From Gammaproteobacteria bacterium (GTDB taxonomy: Bacteria; Pseudomonadota; Gammaproteobacteria; CAJXQU01), in contig CBDEGZ010000003.1 of the NCBI GenBank assembly GCA_965238175.1, positions 3,232,001 to 3,296,000 on the forward strand: a stretch of 64,000 nt of DNA, written 5' to 3'. Below, one piece after another: positions 10,666 to 22,209 of the stretch. The notes under the pieces are model-generated. The model was given only the letters and a program-made list of their open reading frames with translations. It had not been told where the DNA came from and made no database searches. The translations under genes were made by a program, and so were the position numbers. Position 1 is the stretch's first letter; every line of letters starts with the position of its first letter.

Positions 10666-11900
10666 TTGTACGTCACCCTTTCTGGAACTGGCTTAGTCTT
10701 ATCCCATTTGGAATAAAACGGCATGAGAAGGAAAAATGCAAAGTAGATGCCTGTAAAAATCTGTGCCAGTAGTGTCAATAGTGGTGTTGGATTTTTTAAT
10801 CCTAACCAGCCTAATGCGATAAAGCTGAAAATGAATATCGCAAGGATCACCTTATATAAACCGCCGCGATAACGCAGCGATTTAACCGGATTACGATCCA
10901 ACCACGGTAACAAAAATAACACCATCACAGCCGCGCCCATCGCCAACACTCCTGGAAATGCTGAGCCCCCAACCGAGGGTATAGCACGCAAAATGGCATA
11001 AAACGGTGTGAAGTACCAAACCGGTGCAATATGCTCAGGAGTGACTGCTGGATTCGCTGGAACAAAATTATTATGCTCCAGGAAATAACCACCCATTTCT
11101 GGTGCAAAGAAAACAATCAGTGCGAAGAAGATCAAAAAGACCACCACGCCGACAATATCTTTGACTGAGTAATAAGGGTGGAATGGAATTCCATCAAGCG
11201 GGATCCCATTTTTATCTTTATTTTTCTTGATATCGACACCGTCAGGGTTGTTTGATCCTACCTCATGCAAGGCAAGAACATGAACCATCACCAGCCCCAG
11301 TAATGCGATTGGAACGGCAATGACGTGGAAAGAGAAAAAACGGTTCAGTGTGACATCGGAAACAAAAAAATCTCCACGAATCCATAAAGCTAAGGTCTCC
11401 CCTATGAAAGGTACCGCCCCAAATAAAGAGATAATCACCTTTGCCCCCCAGTAAGACATTTGTCCCCAAGGTAACAAATAGCCAAGAAAGGCTTCCGCCA
11501 TTAGGCACAGGTAGAGAAACATCCCCGTTATCCATAATAATTCACGTGGATGCTTATAGGATCCGTACATCAAACCACGAAACATATGTAAATAAATCAC
11601 CACAAAGAACGCTGAGGCACCGGTGGAATGCATATAGCGAATGAGCCAACCCCATTCAACGTCTCGCATAATATATTCAACGGAAGCAAATGCTAGCTCA
11701 GCATCTGGCTTATAACTCATCGTCAACCAGATACCAGTAACGATCTGGTTAATCAGAACAACCAGGGCTAGAGAACCGAAAAAATACCAGAAATTAAAAT
11801 TCTTTGGTGCGTAGTATTTAGCCAGATGATCATTCCACAGTTTTGTTAATGGAAAACGTGCATCGATCCAAGCTAGAAGGTTTGTTAATAATTTGATCAT
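10662..11900 (-). CDS. petB: Cytochrome b of the bc1 complex
   Basis: IRYMHSTGAS, GYLLPWGQMSYWG, RFFSFH and the gammaproteobacterial PVWY Qo motif. Confidence 0.97.
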   Translation of the reverse strand: MIKLLTNLLAWIDARFPLTKLWNDHLAKYYAPKNFNFWYFFGSLALVVLINQIVTGIWLTMSYKPDAELAFASVEYIMRDVEWGWLIRYMHSTGASAFFVVIYLHMFRGLMYGSYKHPRELLWITGMFLYLCLMAEAFLGYLLPWGQMSYWGAKVIISLFGAVPFIGETLALWIRGDFFVSDVTLNRFFSFHVIAVPIALLGLVMVHVLALHEVGSNNPDGVDIKKNKDKNGIPLDGIPFHPYYSVKDIVGVVVFLIFFALIVFFAPEMGGYFLEHNNFVPANPAVTPEHIAPVWYFTPFYAILRAIPSVGGSAFPGVLAMGAAVMVLFLLPWLDRNPVKSLRYRGGLYKVILAIFIFSFIALGWLGLKNPTPLLTLLAQIFTGIYFAFFLLMPFYSKWDKTKPVPERVTYK

Positions 11901-12517
11901 TATGAGGCCCCCTCATCTTCACCAATCAACAACAATGTTTCGCTTAAAAAATGGTATGGTGGAACTAATAGATTCTTCGGAGCAGGTACATTTTTGTATA
12001 CGCGACCGGCCAAATCAAATTTGGAACCATGACATGGGCAAAAGAACCCCCCCTGCCAGTCTGGCCCAAGATTATTTGGCGTCCCCAATGGAAGATATGT
12101 GGGTGAGCAACCAAGATGCGTACATCGCCCCATCACCACTAAATACTCAGGGTTAATAGCACGAGAGATATTCTGGGCGTATTCTGGTTGCTCGGGTTCT
12201 TTAGATTCTGGATCTGCTAATAAATTAGACATATTCTCTAGTGCTTTCAATGTCTCTGCAGTTCGCCGTAATACCCAAACATATTGACCTCGCCATTTTT
12301 GTACAATGCGCTGTCCAGGCTCAAGCTTACTTATATCAATCTCAATTGGTCCACCAACAGCCTTAGCTCTTTCACTTGGCTGAAGTGATGATACAAACGG
12401 TACAGCAGCTGCAATTGCACCAACAGTACCAACCCCTGCAGTGGTTGTGATCAAAAATCGTCGTCGCTCAACATCGACTTCATCTTCACTAACCAAACTG
12501 TCTCCCCTATCTGACAT
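11900..12517 (-). CDS. petA: Rieske Fe-S subunit of the bc1 complex
   Basis: Tat motif RRRFL, CTHLGC and CPCHGS. Confidence 0.97.
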   Translation of the reverse strand: MSDRGDSLVSEDEVDVERRRFLITTTAGVGTVGAIAAAVPFVSSLQPSERAKAVGGPIEIDISKLEPGQRIVQKWRGQYVWVLRRTAETLKALENMSNLLADPESKEPEQPEYAQNISRAINPEYLVVMGRCTHLGCSPTYLPLGTPNNLGPDWQGGFFCPCHGSKFDLAGRVYKNVPAPKNLLVPPYHFLSETLLLIGEDEGAS

Positions 12518-12586
12518 AAGATTATTCCGAATTGTGTTCGTTAAAAAAACTCATCCCTGAAGTGAAGCCTACGGATTCTACCAGCA

Positions 12587-13660
12587 TTAATTCTGTAGTT
12601 CGATAATTTTTAAGAGAGAGTTGTTCTCTTCCGCAGTTCCGATCGTGACACGCAAACATTGCGCCAACTTCTCATGTGTACCATCTAAATTCTTAATCAA
12701 GATATTATTTTGTTTTAAAAAATCAAAGATTTCTTGTGCTTTTGCGCTACGCAATAATAGAAAATTTGCATAGCTGGGCCAAACTTCTATCTGAAAATGT
12801 TGACTAAGTGAGTCATACATAAATTGTCGATCTGCTCTTATCTGCGCTGCCTGTTGATCAAAAACATCAACATGTTCTAGCATAAATGTTGCACTGACTT
12901 GTGATAAAGCATTGATATTATAGGGCAACCTTATTTTATTAAGCTCATCTAACCAGAGCTTTGAACCAACTAACATCCCGATCCTTAATCCGGCCAACCC
13001 AATTTTAGATAAGGTTCGCATAACCAGCAAGTTTTCATAACGTGGCAAATCATCGATCCAACTGACCTGTGCAAAACTATGATACGCCTCATCGATAATC
13101 ACTAAACCTTCGCTAGCTTGGAGAATAGCTTCTATGTCTTTTTGATCAAATAGATTGCCTGTCGGGTTATTTGGATAGGCCAGAAAAATGACCGCCGGCT
13201 GATGCTTTTCTACCGCTGCCAACATTTCCGGCATATTAAGACTGAAATCTTCATCCTTCAGCGGAACACCAATATACTGCATGCCTAGAGACTGCGCGAT
13301 GATGCGATACATTACAAAACCTGGCTCAGGAGCGAGTAAGGTTCGGTTTTCTCCTGCAACAGCCATCGCCACAATTTGGATTAATTCATCCGAACCATTA
13401 CCCAACAAAATTTCTTGATCAGATCCCAAGCCAAGATATTGTTGTAACCTTTCTTTTAATAGCCCAGCACTTGCATCCGGATATCGATTCAACTCAAGTT
13501 GACGTAAAGTATCCAACCAATTTTCGATGAGTGCCTCAGGTAAGGAATAAGGATTTTCCATAGCATCCAGTTTAATAAAACCGTGGGAGTCGGGTACATG
13601 ATAAGCCGCCAGCGCACGTATTTCTGGACGGATCCAACGACTGATCAAATCACTTGTCAT
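12587..13660 (-). CDS. hisC: Histidinol-phosphate aminotransferase
   Basis: KLDAMENP, NRYPD, GNGSDE, PNNPTG, DEAY and RTLSK. Start moved to ATG 13660, just after the hisD stop. Confidence 0.93.
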   Translation of the reverse strand: MTSDLISRWIRPEIRALAAYHVPDSHGFIKLDAMENPYSLPEALIENWLDTLRQLELNRYPDASAGLLKERLQQYLGLGSDQEILLGNGSDELIQIVAMAVAGENRTLLAPEPGFVMYRIIAQSLGMQYIGVPLKDEDFSLNMPEMLAAVEKHQPAVIFLAYPNNPTGNLFDQKDIEAILQASEGLVIIDEAYHSFAQVSWIDDLPRYENLLVMRTLSKIGLAGLRIGMLVGSKLWLDELNKIRLPYNINALSQVSATFMLEHVDVFDQQAAQIRADRQFMYDSLSQHFQIEVWPSYANFLLLRSAKAQEIFDFLKQNNILIKNLDGTHEKLAQCLRVTIGTAEENNSLLKIIELQN

Positions 13661-13670
13661 TTTATGTATA

Positions 13671-14993
13671 TTACTGTTCTGTCGGATTTTTGCGAAATTC
13701 TGCCGAACGAGCATGCGCTGTTAATCCTTCTGCACGTGCAAGTGTAGAAGCAATATTGCCTAAATATCCTCCCGCAGCTTCTGGCGAACATTGGATAATC
13801 GATGAACGTTTTTGAAAATCATAGACACCTAAGGGTGATGAAAAACGTGCTGTTCGAGATGTTGGTAAAACGTGATTTGGTCCAGCGCAGTAATCACCAA
13901 GCGCTTCAGCAGTATGCCGGCCCATAAAAATCGCACCCGCATGATTGATCTTTTCTGCTAATGACTCAGGATCTTCTACGGACAACTCCAAATGCTCAGG
14001 AGCAATCATATTTGAAACAGAAGCCGCTTCATCAAGATCTTTTACCTTGATCAAGGCACCACGACTTTCTAGCGATTCTCGAATTATTTCTGCACGTTCC
14101 ATCGTCGGTAACAGTTTCTCAATACTCGCTTGCACTTGATCAATATATCCCTGATCAGGACATAACAAAATTGATTGTGCTTGTTCATCGTGCTCTGCTT
14201 GAGAAAACAGATCCATCGCGATCCAATCTGGATTAGTTTTACCGTCACAAATGATCAAAATTTCCGAAGGACCAGCGATCATATCAATTCCGACCTTACC
14301 GAAAACCATCGCTTTTGCGGTCGCGACGTAAATATTCCCCGGCCCAACTATTTTATCCACTTGCGGAACCGTTTCTGTTCCATAAGCCAAAGCCGCAACT
14401 GCTTGCGCACCACCAATTGTAAAAACACGATCAACACCCGCAATACTGGCTGCCGCAAGAACGGTTTGATCAAGCACCCCATCAGGGGCAGGAACAACCA
14501 TTATAATTTCTTCAACACCCGCTACTTTAGCGGGTATCACGTTCATTAAAACTGAAGATGGATACGCCGCTTTGCCACCAGGAACATAAACGCCAACACG
14601 TTCCATAGGTGTCACTTTTTGACCAAGCACGGTTCCATCTTCTTCGGCATAGCTCCAAGAGGTTTGAAGTTGATGCAAGTGGTATTCGCGGATCCGTTCC
14701 GCTGCCGCATCCAGTGCTTCTCGAACGTCTGAATCTAATTCTAGCTTCGCTTGATCAAGTTCAGCTCGTTGTAACGCTAGTTCAGAGATCTCTGATACTG
14801 TTCGTCGATCAAATTGATTAGTGGTTTCGATTAAGATCTGATCGCCTTTTTTACGAACATCATCAAGAATACCACGAACCGTTTCCGTGACCTTTTGATC
14901 CGTTTCGTCATTCCATGCTAACAAACGCGTCAGATCTTGTTCAAAACCCAACTGATCAATACTTAGACAAGAAATATTTATTGCGCCACTCAT
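13671..14993 (-). CDS. hisD: Histidinol dehydrogenase
   Basis: [36 protein letters not shown] and [13 protein letters not shown]. Confidence 0.97.
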   Translation of the reverse strand: MSGAINISCLSIDQLGFEQDLTRLLAWNDETDQKVTETVRGILDDVRKKGDQILIETTNQFDRRTVSEISELALQRAELDQAKLELDSDVREALDAAAERIREYHLHQLQTSWSYAEEDGTVLGQKVTPMERVGVYVPGGKAAYPSSVLMNVIPAKVAGVEEIIMVVPAPDGVLDQTVLAAASIAGVDRVFTIGGAQAVAALAYGTETVPQVDKIVGPGNIYVATAKAMVFGKVGIDMIAGPSEILIICDGKTNPDWIAMDLFSQAEHDEQAQSILLCPDQGYIDQVQASIEKLLPTMERAEIIRESLESRGALIKVKDLDEAASVSNMIAPEHLELSVEDPESLAEKINHAGAIFMGRHTAEALGDYCAGPNHVLPTSRTARFSSPLGVYDFQKRSSIIQCSPEAAGGYLGNIASTLARAEGLTAHARSAEFRKNPTEQ

Positions 14994-15014
14994 CTTTTCT
15001 TCAACTCGCTATAT

Positions 15015-15643
15015 TTAATCAATCACTTGGGCCAATTCATTAACTAATGTTTTTATCGCTGTCGATTTCATTTTCATAGAAGCCTTGTTCACAACTAACC
15101 TGGAACTGATATCGATGATTTGTTCGGTTGGAACCAAACCATTCGCTTTTAATGTGTTACCCGTATCAACCAGATCAACTATTCCGTCGGCAAGTCCCGC
15201 AAGCGGCGCAAGCTCCATAGAACCGTAAAGCTTGATCACTTCAACCTGCTGTCCTTTTTGGGCAAAATACTGGCGCGTAAGATTAATATATTTGGTTGCT
15301 ATCCGCGCACCACTTTCCGGCAAAGGATTGTCATTCGGAATCGCGACCATTAAACGACAACGCGCGATTTTTAAATCTAAGGGTTCATAGAGATTATCGC
15401 TACCAGCTTCGAGCAAAACGTCTTTACCGGCAACACCTAAATCAGCGGCACCATGTTCCACAAACGTCGGTACATCAGTCGCCCTAATTACCATTAGATT
15501 CAAATCTTCTCGGTTGGTAGGAATGATCAATTTACGCGATGTTTCTGGATCTTCAATCGGTTTTATGCCGATTTTATCCAATAATGGCAGGGTATCTTTA
15601 TAAATACGCCCTTTTGAAAGTGCGAGGGTTAATCCTGAATTCA

Positions 15644-15644
<1 letters not shown>
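15015..15644 (-). CDS. hisG: ATP phosphoribosyltransferase, short form (needs HisZ encoded elsewhere)
   Basis: [19 protein letters not shown] and [14 protein letters not shown]. 209 aa with no C-terminal regulatory domain. TAATG overlap with murA. Confidence 0.96.
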
Positions 15645-16912
<1,268 letters not shown>

Positions 16913-16915
16913 TTA

Positions 16916-17173
16916 TTATTTAAGAACTTTCAGGCAACTATTTTTATCCCACTCAGCACGCGTCATCGGTCGAATTGAGAGCGCATGTATTTCCGCCTTC
17001 ATTTTATCGCCTAGCGTTTTATAAACCAATTGATGTTTTTTAACTAAAGATAAATTTTCAAAAGCATCACTGATCACAATAGTTTCAAAATGAACTCCAT
17101 CGTCACCTTCAACAAGCGCTTCCGAGCCTTCAATGCCCGCTTCGATTAAAGATTTTATTTCCTGTGGCGTCAT
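16916..17173 (-). CDS. ibaG: BolA/IbaG family protein
   Basis: GDDGVHF, SDAF, HQLVY and EIHALSI. Directly upstream of murA. Confidence 0.9.
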   Translation of the reverse strand: MTPQEIKSLIEAGIEGSEALVEGDDGVHFETIVISDAFENLSLVKKHQLVYKTLGDKMKAEIHALSIRPMTRAEWDKNSCLKVLK

Positions 17174-17324
17174 GAAAATGATCCCCGCTCCCTAAAAAGG
17201 AGTGAAGGATAGCGTCAAGATCAAAAACCAGCAAGTAATGAAAAGGGTTTTAACAGAACAGATATGATTTAGGCCCCTTAAGCAGGAGCCTTTATTTAAA
17301 ACTATCGACTTAAATATCGAATTC

Positions 17325-17954
17325 TTATAAATCAATCCCTTGATTCTTATCTACAAGGTTACTTAACAAACCATCAATCCCAACTTTGCTAATCTCAGAT
17401 GAAAATGAGGAGCGGTAGGTAGAAACTAAACTAACCCCGCCAACGGTAATATCAAAAATCTTCCAGTTTCCATCTTTATTGTGCATACGATATTGAACGG
17501 TAAAATGTTTACCATCCGGCAAAATAATCTCTGACTTTACTTTAACCTTTCCATCCTTAACACCACCTTCAACTTCAGGATACACAATTTCTTCATCAGA
17601 AAGTTTTAGCAGTGCCGTCGAATAGGTTTTTATAAGCAATTTCTTAAATTCACCCGTGAATTGTACCTTTTGATCTTTCGATGCCTTCTTCCAATACTTG
17701 CCAAGCACCCAACGAGACATTCTCGAAAAATCTACATTTGGCGCAACCTTATTATTTACTAAGTAATAAAGTCGTTTTGGATCGGCTTCGTAATCCAAAC
17801 GGTGTGTTTTAACATTAGAGATTACATCTTCCGCTGTCGACTGAATTAATTCTCTGGCCTGTTCAGCACTAATTTCTGAGGTAGCCAGAACTGTCACGGT
17901 ACAAAAAAATACAATCAAGGCTAGAATTGATCGTACTTTAATAAGGCTTCTCAT
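17325..17954 (-). CDS. mlaC: MlaC/Ttg2D periplasmic phospholipid-binding protein
   Basis: Signal peptide, DFSRMSRWVLGKYW and WKIFDITVGGVSLVSTYRSSF. Confidence 0.88.
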   Translation of the reverse strand: MRSLIKVRSILALIVFFCTVTVLATSEISAEQARELIQSTAEDVISNVKTHRLDYEADPKRLYYLVNNKVAPNVDFSRMSRWVLGKYWKKASKDQKVQFTGEFKKLLIKTYSTALLKLSDEEIVYPEVEGGVKDGKVKVKSEIILPDGKHFTVQYRMHNKDGNWKIFDITVGGVSLVSTYRSSFSSEISKVGIDGLLSNLVDKNQGIDL

Positions 17955-18124
17955 ATTTTTTCCTTCATGTATATATTTTGGCTCAGCTTAGATCAATTAA
18001 GTATCTTGATAATATATCGTTTAGATCTGCGTAAAACTTAACCGAAACATGAAAAAAATAAATTTCACAAAAAACGTTCCTAATAACTCGCTAAGCAAAT
18101 GTAGTGATAGGAGAAACGGAAGGA

Positions 18125-19258
18125 TTAGTATCTAAACTCTCGTCTTATAGGGTAATTTTTGCGTAAATGATCAAATACTTGGCTAACTGGAACACTATCC
18201 AAGCTAAGTGTTTTCTTTAATGCAGCACTATCTTCTCGAATATCATAATAAAATAACACCTGTTCCCGTAGTTTCTCTTGAATACCTAAGCTATCTCTAA
18301 AATCCAAGCTACCCGGAATGTCGATGTTTAGTTGATCTTCCGTAAAATTAGAATTTTGCTCGTCTGAACGTTCGGGTCCATCTGACCACTTCATTTCCAA
18401 GTTATAAAACGCGGTAACAGCATCAAACAACATTCTTGTCGCCTTTACTTTTCCATCATAACTATAACCAGCGATATGTGGTGTTCCCAACGAAACCTTC
18501 TCCAACAAAACAGGGTCAATATTGGGTTCATTCTCCCAGCAATCAATCACCGTCTTCATTTCAGGAGTTTGTTCTATCCTTTTAACCAATGCGCTTTCAT
18601 CAACTACCCCCCCCCTAGCCGCATTTATAAAAATCGCATGCGGCTTTAACCTATCTAACTCCCTCGCAGAAATCAGCTTGTGAGTGGCATACTTTCCACC
18701 GAAAGTTAACGGTGTGTGTAATGTCACAATATCTGCCGACAATGCTTCATCTAATGATCGATATTTTCGCTGAGCAGTCTCATCATGAAATTGATTTTTA
18801 TTAATTTGGCTCACAAGCGGTGGATCATTCAAGATACATGTGATGCCAATCGCCCGGAGTGATTTTTCAACCTCTGAGCCAACATGACCACAACCAATAA
18901 TTCCCGCTGTCATTGTTTCAATTCTTTGATCAGAATTTGAACCTGCAAGCACAGCAGACAAAATATACTCCGCCACAGAAGCCGCATTACTCCCGGGACA
19001 ATAAGAAAAATGAATTCCGTTTTGTTGGAGGTATTCACAATCAATATGATCAAAACCACTTGTTGCAGTACCAACAAATGACACGCGACTATTGTTTAAT
19101 AATCTATCATCAACCTGAGTAACCGATCGGACTAACAGAATATCAACATCACGAACCAGATCATTTGTCCATTCACGACCTGGGACACAAACAACATTTC
19201 CGATTTGTTCAAATCGTTCAAGAAGTGGAATGTTCGGATCGGCTAAAATTTTCTTCAT
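18125..19258 (-). CDS. pdxB: 4-phosphoerythronate dehydrogenase
   Basis: KILADPNIP, LVRSVT, GTATSGFDH, PGSNAASVAEY, TPHIAGYS and FDHLRKNYPIRREF. Confidence 0.93.
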   Translation of the reverse strand: MKKILADPNIPLLERFEQIGNVVCVPGREWTNDLVRDVDILLVRSVTQVDDRLLNNSRVSFVGTATSGFDHIDCEYLQQNGIHFSYCPGSNAASVAEYILSAVLAGSNSDQRIETMTAGIIGCGHVGSEVEKSLRAIGITCILNDPPLVSQINKNQFHDETAQRKYRSLDEALSADIVTLHTPLTFGGKYATHKLISARELDRLKPHAIFINAARGGVVDESALVKRIEQTPEMKTVIDCWENEPNIDPVLLEKVSLGTPHIAGYSYDGKVKATRMLFDAVTAFYNLEMKWSDGPERSDEQNSNFTEDQLNIDIPGSLDFRDSLGIQEKLREQVLFYYDIREDSAALKKTLSLDSVPVSQVFDHLRKNYPIRREFRY

Positions 19259-19331
19259 TCGATCATTTTACCGCGCTTACGTAACTTCAGCACGATGAAA
19301 TAGCCAGACAAAAAAATTGTAGTCCTTAATT

Positions 19332-19380
19332 AAAAAAGGCCGACCTTTAGAATTCTATGGAGGGGGTCAAAGGGCCGGCC
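19332..19380 (-). terminator. Intrinsic terminator with large C-rich loop after the Spy-like gene
   Basis: Minus strand GGCCGGCCCTTTG-ACCCCCTCCATAGAATTC-TAAAGGTCGGCC-TTTTTT. Confidence 0.75.
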
Positions 19381-19429
19381 AAAAGGGAGTTGTTTAAAAA
19401 AAGAATATCAAAAAATAATTACATTATGA

Positions 19430-19759
19430 TTAAATGTGAGTAAGGTGCTTACCACCCTTACAGTCCTTACCTTTACCAGGCCGCCAATTTTCATGTCGAC
19501 GACGCATTTCTTCCATTTTTGTGATTTGGTCATCACTTAAAACAGCACCTAACTTTGTTTTTGTTTCTTCACGCAGTGCCTTTTTCTTTGCGTGCTGTTC
19601 TTTCATGATTGATTTAACCTGTTCAGCTTGAGCCGTGTTCAACTGTAACTTTTCTGTCATTCGTTCGACAAAATGATTCACATGGTCACGTTGAGCAAAA
19701 GAAACGACTGAAGCTGTAAGCAATGTAACACCACCTAGTACGACAAATAATTTACGCAT
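19430..19759 (-). CDS. Spy/CpxP-like (LTxxQ) periplasmic chaperone
   Basis: Signal peptide ending VSFA and two LTxxQ-like motifs (LQLNTAQ, VLSDDQ). GGAG SD before ATG 19759. Divergent from baeSR. Confidence 0.75.
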   Translation of the reverse strand: MRKLFVVLGGVTLLTASVVSFAQRDHVNHFVERMTEKLQLNTAQAEQVKSIMKEQHAKKKALREETKTKLGAVLSDDQITKMEEMRRRHENWRPGKGKDCKGGKHLTHI

Positions 19760-19830
19760 ATTTTTTCTCCATTGATTACACAATATTAATAATTTTTCTG
19801 TAAACTTTCACGATGGTTAGTTTGCAAGTG

Positions 19831-19873
19831 CAATGTAAAGAGAGTTTTAAGAAAATGTGAAGAAATTATGGAT
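19831..19873. promoter_or_regulatory. Four 11-bp-phased direct repeats, candidate BaeR/OmpR-family operator
   Basis: Minus strand TCCATAATTTC-TTCACATTTTC-TTAAAACTCTC-TTTACATTG, between the divergent genes. Confidence 0.5.
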
Positions 19874-19922
19874 CCTTTGACCATTTCCTTCGATGCAATC
19901 CCTAACATGGTATAAAGCCATT

Positions 19923-21365
19923 ATGAAAATTCGGATATGGCATAAGCTCGCTTTAGTTTTGTTACTGACCACAACTCTTGTGATCGCCATCGCTTTTTTT
20001 CTCGCACAAATAAGCTTTCGTGAGGACTTCAGTGGCTATTTAAAAGAACAAGAGAAAAATCAAGTTGAGTTACTCAGTGAGCGACTTGCAGAAGGTTATC
20101 AAGAAGTAGGCAGCTGGAAGTTCCTGACAGAAAAACCGCGCCTACTCAGATTAATCATTCGTGAATCTTATAGAAATGAAACACAGCGCAACGAACCTCA
20201 ACAATTTACGCCATTACCTCCTCTTAAAAATGACTCGCGACCACCGTTCAAACCAGAACATGCCTTTAAAACCCATCCGATTTCTCGATACGCAATCCTT
20301 GATGAAGCAAAAAATAAAGTGCTCGGCTCGATCAAAAAAGGACTTTCAATTAAAGACCACCCGATTAAATTAGATGATAAAATAATAGGTTATCTGCGAA
20401 TTCGTTCAGTTTCTAATTTCACCAATAAACTTGATCGGCGTTTTATAAAAAGTCAATTACATTCCTTAATAGGGATTGCCATTCTAGGTTTTATCTTATC
20501 ATTGATCGCAGCTTGGTTATTATCCAATTATTTTCGCAAACGATTCATTCAACTTACAGATATAGCCAACGATCTAACAGCAGGAAAGTTTGATCAACGC
20601 ATAGAAATTACTCATGACGATGAGCTTTCTGATCTGGGTAGGAACTTCAATGTTCTGGCCGATACATTAGATAAAAATAGACAAGCACAAAAACGCTGGA
20701 TCGCAGATATTTCTCATGAACTTCGCACGCCTTTATCTATACTCAGTGGTGAGGTTGAAGCATTACAAGATGGAGTTCGCCCACTCGATCAAAAAGCAAT
20801 CAAATCTCTATCAAATGAAGCATCCCACTTAAATCGTCTAGTGAGCGATCTCTATCAGTTATCACTTTCAGATCTTGGTAAATTAGATTATCAAAAATCA
20901 CGAATTGATCTTACCGATATTCTTAATCGCGTCATCGCTCAATACCAACCTCGCCTTGAAACACAAAACCTGACCTTAGGAACTTTGATCAACTCAGAAG
21001 AACCCGTTTTTGTGAGCGGTGACGAACAACGACTCGTACAACTTTTTTCTAACCTGCTCGACAATACGATCAAATATACCGATCAAAATGGCCAAATAAT
21101 TATTGCTTGTGAACAAGTCCAAGGCCGTGCACTTTTACGTTTTGAGGATTCCAGCCCTGGGATCCCTGAACAGAATTTACCGCAAATATTTGATCGACTC
21201 TATCGTGTTGAGAATTCACGTAATCGTAAAACAGGAGGTGCCGGTCTTGGTTTAGCAATTGCAACATCGATTGTTGAAGCACATCAAGGGGAAATAACCG
21301 CAAGTAATTCTGATCTTGGTGGGCTTAAAATAATGATTACAATCCCTTTAGATAAAACGTCCTGA
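19923..21365 (+). CDS. baeS: BaeS-like sensor histidine kinase (2 TM, HAMP, HisKA, HATPase)
   Basis: DELSDL, WIADISHELRTPL, LQDGVR and YRVENSRNRKTGGAGLGLAI. Confidence 0.85.
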   Translation: MKIRIWHKLALVLLLTTTLVIAIAFFLAQISFREDFSGYLKEQEKNQVELLSERLAEGYQEVGSWKFLTEKPRLLRLIIRESYRNETQRNEPQQFTPLPPLKNDSRPPFKPEHAFKTHPISRYAILDEAKNKVLGSIKKGLSIKDHPIKLDDKIIGYLRIRSVSNFTNKLDRRFIKSQLHSLIGIAILGFILSLIAAWLLSNYFRKRFIQLTDIANDLTAGKFDQRIEITHDDELSDLGRNFNVLADTLDKNRQAQKRWIADISHELRTPLSILSGEVEALQDGVRPLDQKAIKSLSNEASHLNRLVSDLYQLSLSDLGKLDYQKSRIDLTDILNRVIAQYQPRLETQNLTLGTLINSEEPVFVSGDEQRLVQLFSNLLDNTIKYTDQNGQIIIACEQVQGRALLRFEDSSPGIPEQNLPQIFDRLYRVENSRNRKTGGAGLGLAIATSIVEAHQGEITASNSDLGGLKIMITIPLDKTS

Positions 21366-21382
21366 TTGAATAGCTATCTAAA

Positions 21383-22078
21383 ATGAAAAACGAACAGCAT
21401 GTTCTCATTGTTGAAGATGAACCTAAAATTGCACAATTGCTCATCGACTATTTAACCACCAGTCATTACAAAACTTCTTGGTTAGAAAATGGAAGTGAGG
21501 TCATTGCCTGGATGTCTGAAAACAAACCTGACTTAATCCTGCTCGATCTAATGTTGCCCGGCAAAGACGGTATTGAGATCTGCCAGCAAGTTCGCGACTT
21601 TTCTCAAGTACCCATCATGATGTTAACAGCAAGAGTCGAAGAAATTGATCGTATTCTAGGACTGGAGATAGGTGCAGACGATTATGTCTGCAAGCCGTTT
21701 AGTCCGAGAGAAGTAATGACACGAGTGAAAGCACTTTTGCGTCGAGCAAACTTCTCTGAACAAGCAAATAAAATCAGTCCGACGAGATTAAATCTAGACC
21801 TCGAAAAATTCGAAGCACGTTATTTAGATCAAATTCTAGATCTAACACGTGTAGAGTTTCGATTATTACATGCTCTTTCGGAAAGGCCCGGTTTTGTTTT
21901 TTCTCGCCAGAAATTAATCGATCAAGTCTATGATGATCATCGTGTTGTCAGTGATCGAACCATGGACACGCATATAAAAAATCTACGCAAAAAAATTCAA
22001 GAAGCTAATGGCGAACCAGAAATGATCAGATCAATCTATGGCATTGGCTATAAATTTGACGATTCAACACTCACCTAA
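21383..22078 (+). CDS. baeR: BaeR-like OmpR-family response regulator
   Basis: LIVEDEPKIAQLLIDYL, DDYVCKPFSPRE and YDDHRVVSDRTMDTHIKNLRKK. Confidence 0.88.
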   Translation: MKNEQHVLIVEDEPKIAQLLIDYLTTSHYKTSWLENGSEVIAWMSENKPDLILLDLMLPGKDGIEICQQVRDFSQVPIMMLTARVEEIDRILGLEIGADDYVCKPFSPREVMTRVKALLRRANFSEQANKISPTRLNLDLEKFEARYLDQILDLTRVEFRLLHALSERPGFVFSRQKLIDQVYDDHRVVSDRTMDTHIKNLRKKIQEANGEPEMIRSIYGIGYKFDDSTLT

Positions 22079-22209
22079 GTCACTGCATAGACACTATCAA
22101 ACATACAGCATATATTGACATTACAATGTAAAAGAAGGGGAGTTCTGAACCAATCTGTTTAAATGGCTCTCCAACCCAAAATAATAATTGATAAGAAGTG
22201 GCTCTCCCT

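Noticed and set aside
19761-19777. TTTTTCTCCATT resembling the E. coli BaeR box
   Set aside because: It is simply the reverse complement of the SD and spacer of the Spy-like gene.
22130-22190. GGGGAG...CTCTCC pairing upstream of the acyltransferase as a riboswitch
   Set aside because: The stem is short and no known aptamer consensus is recognisable.
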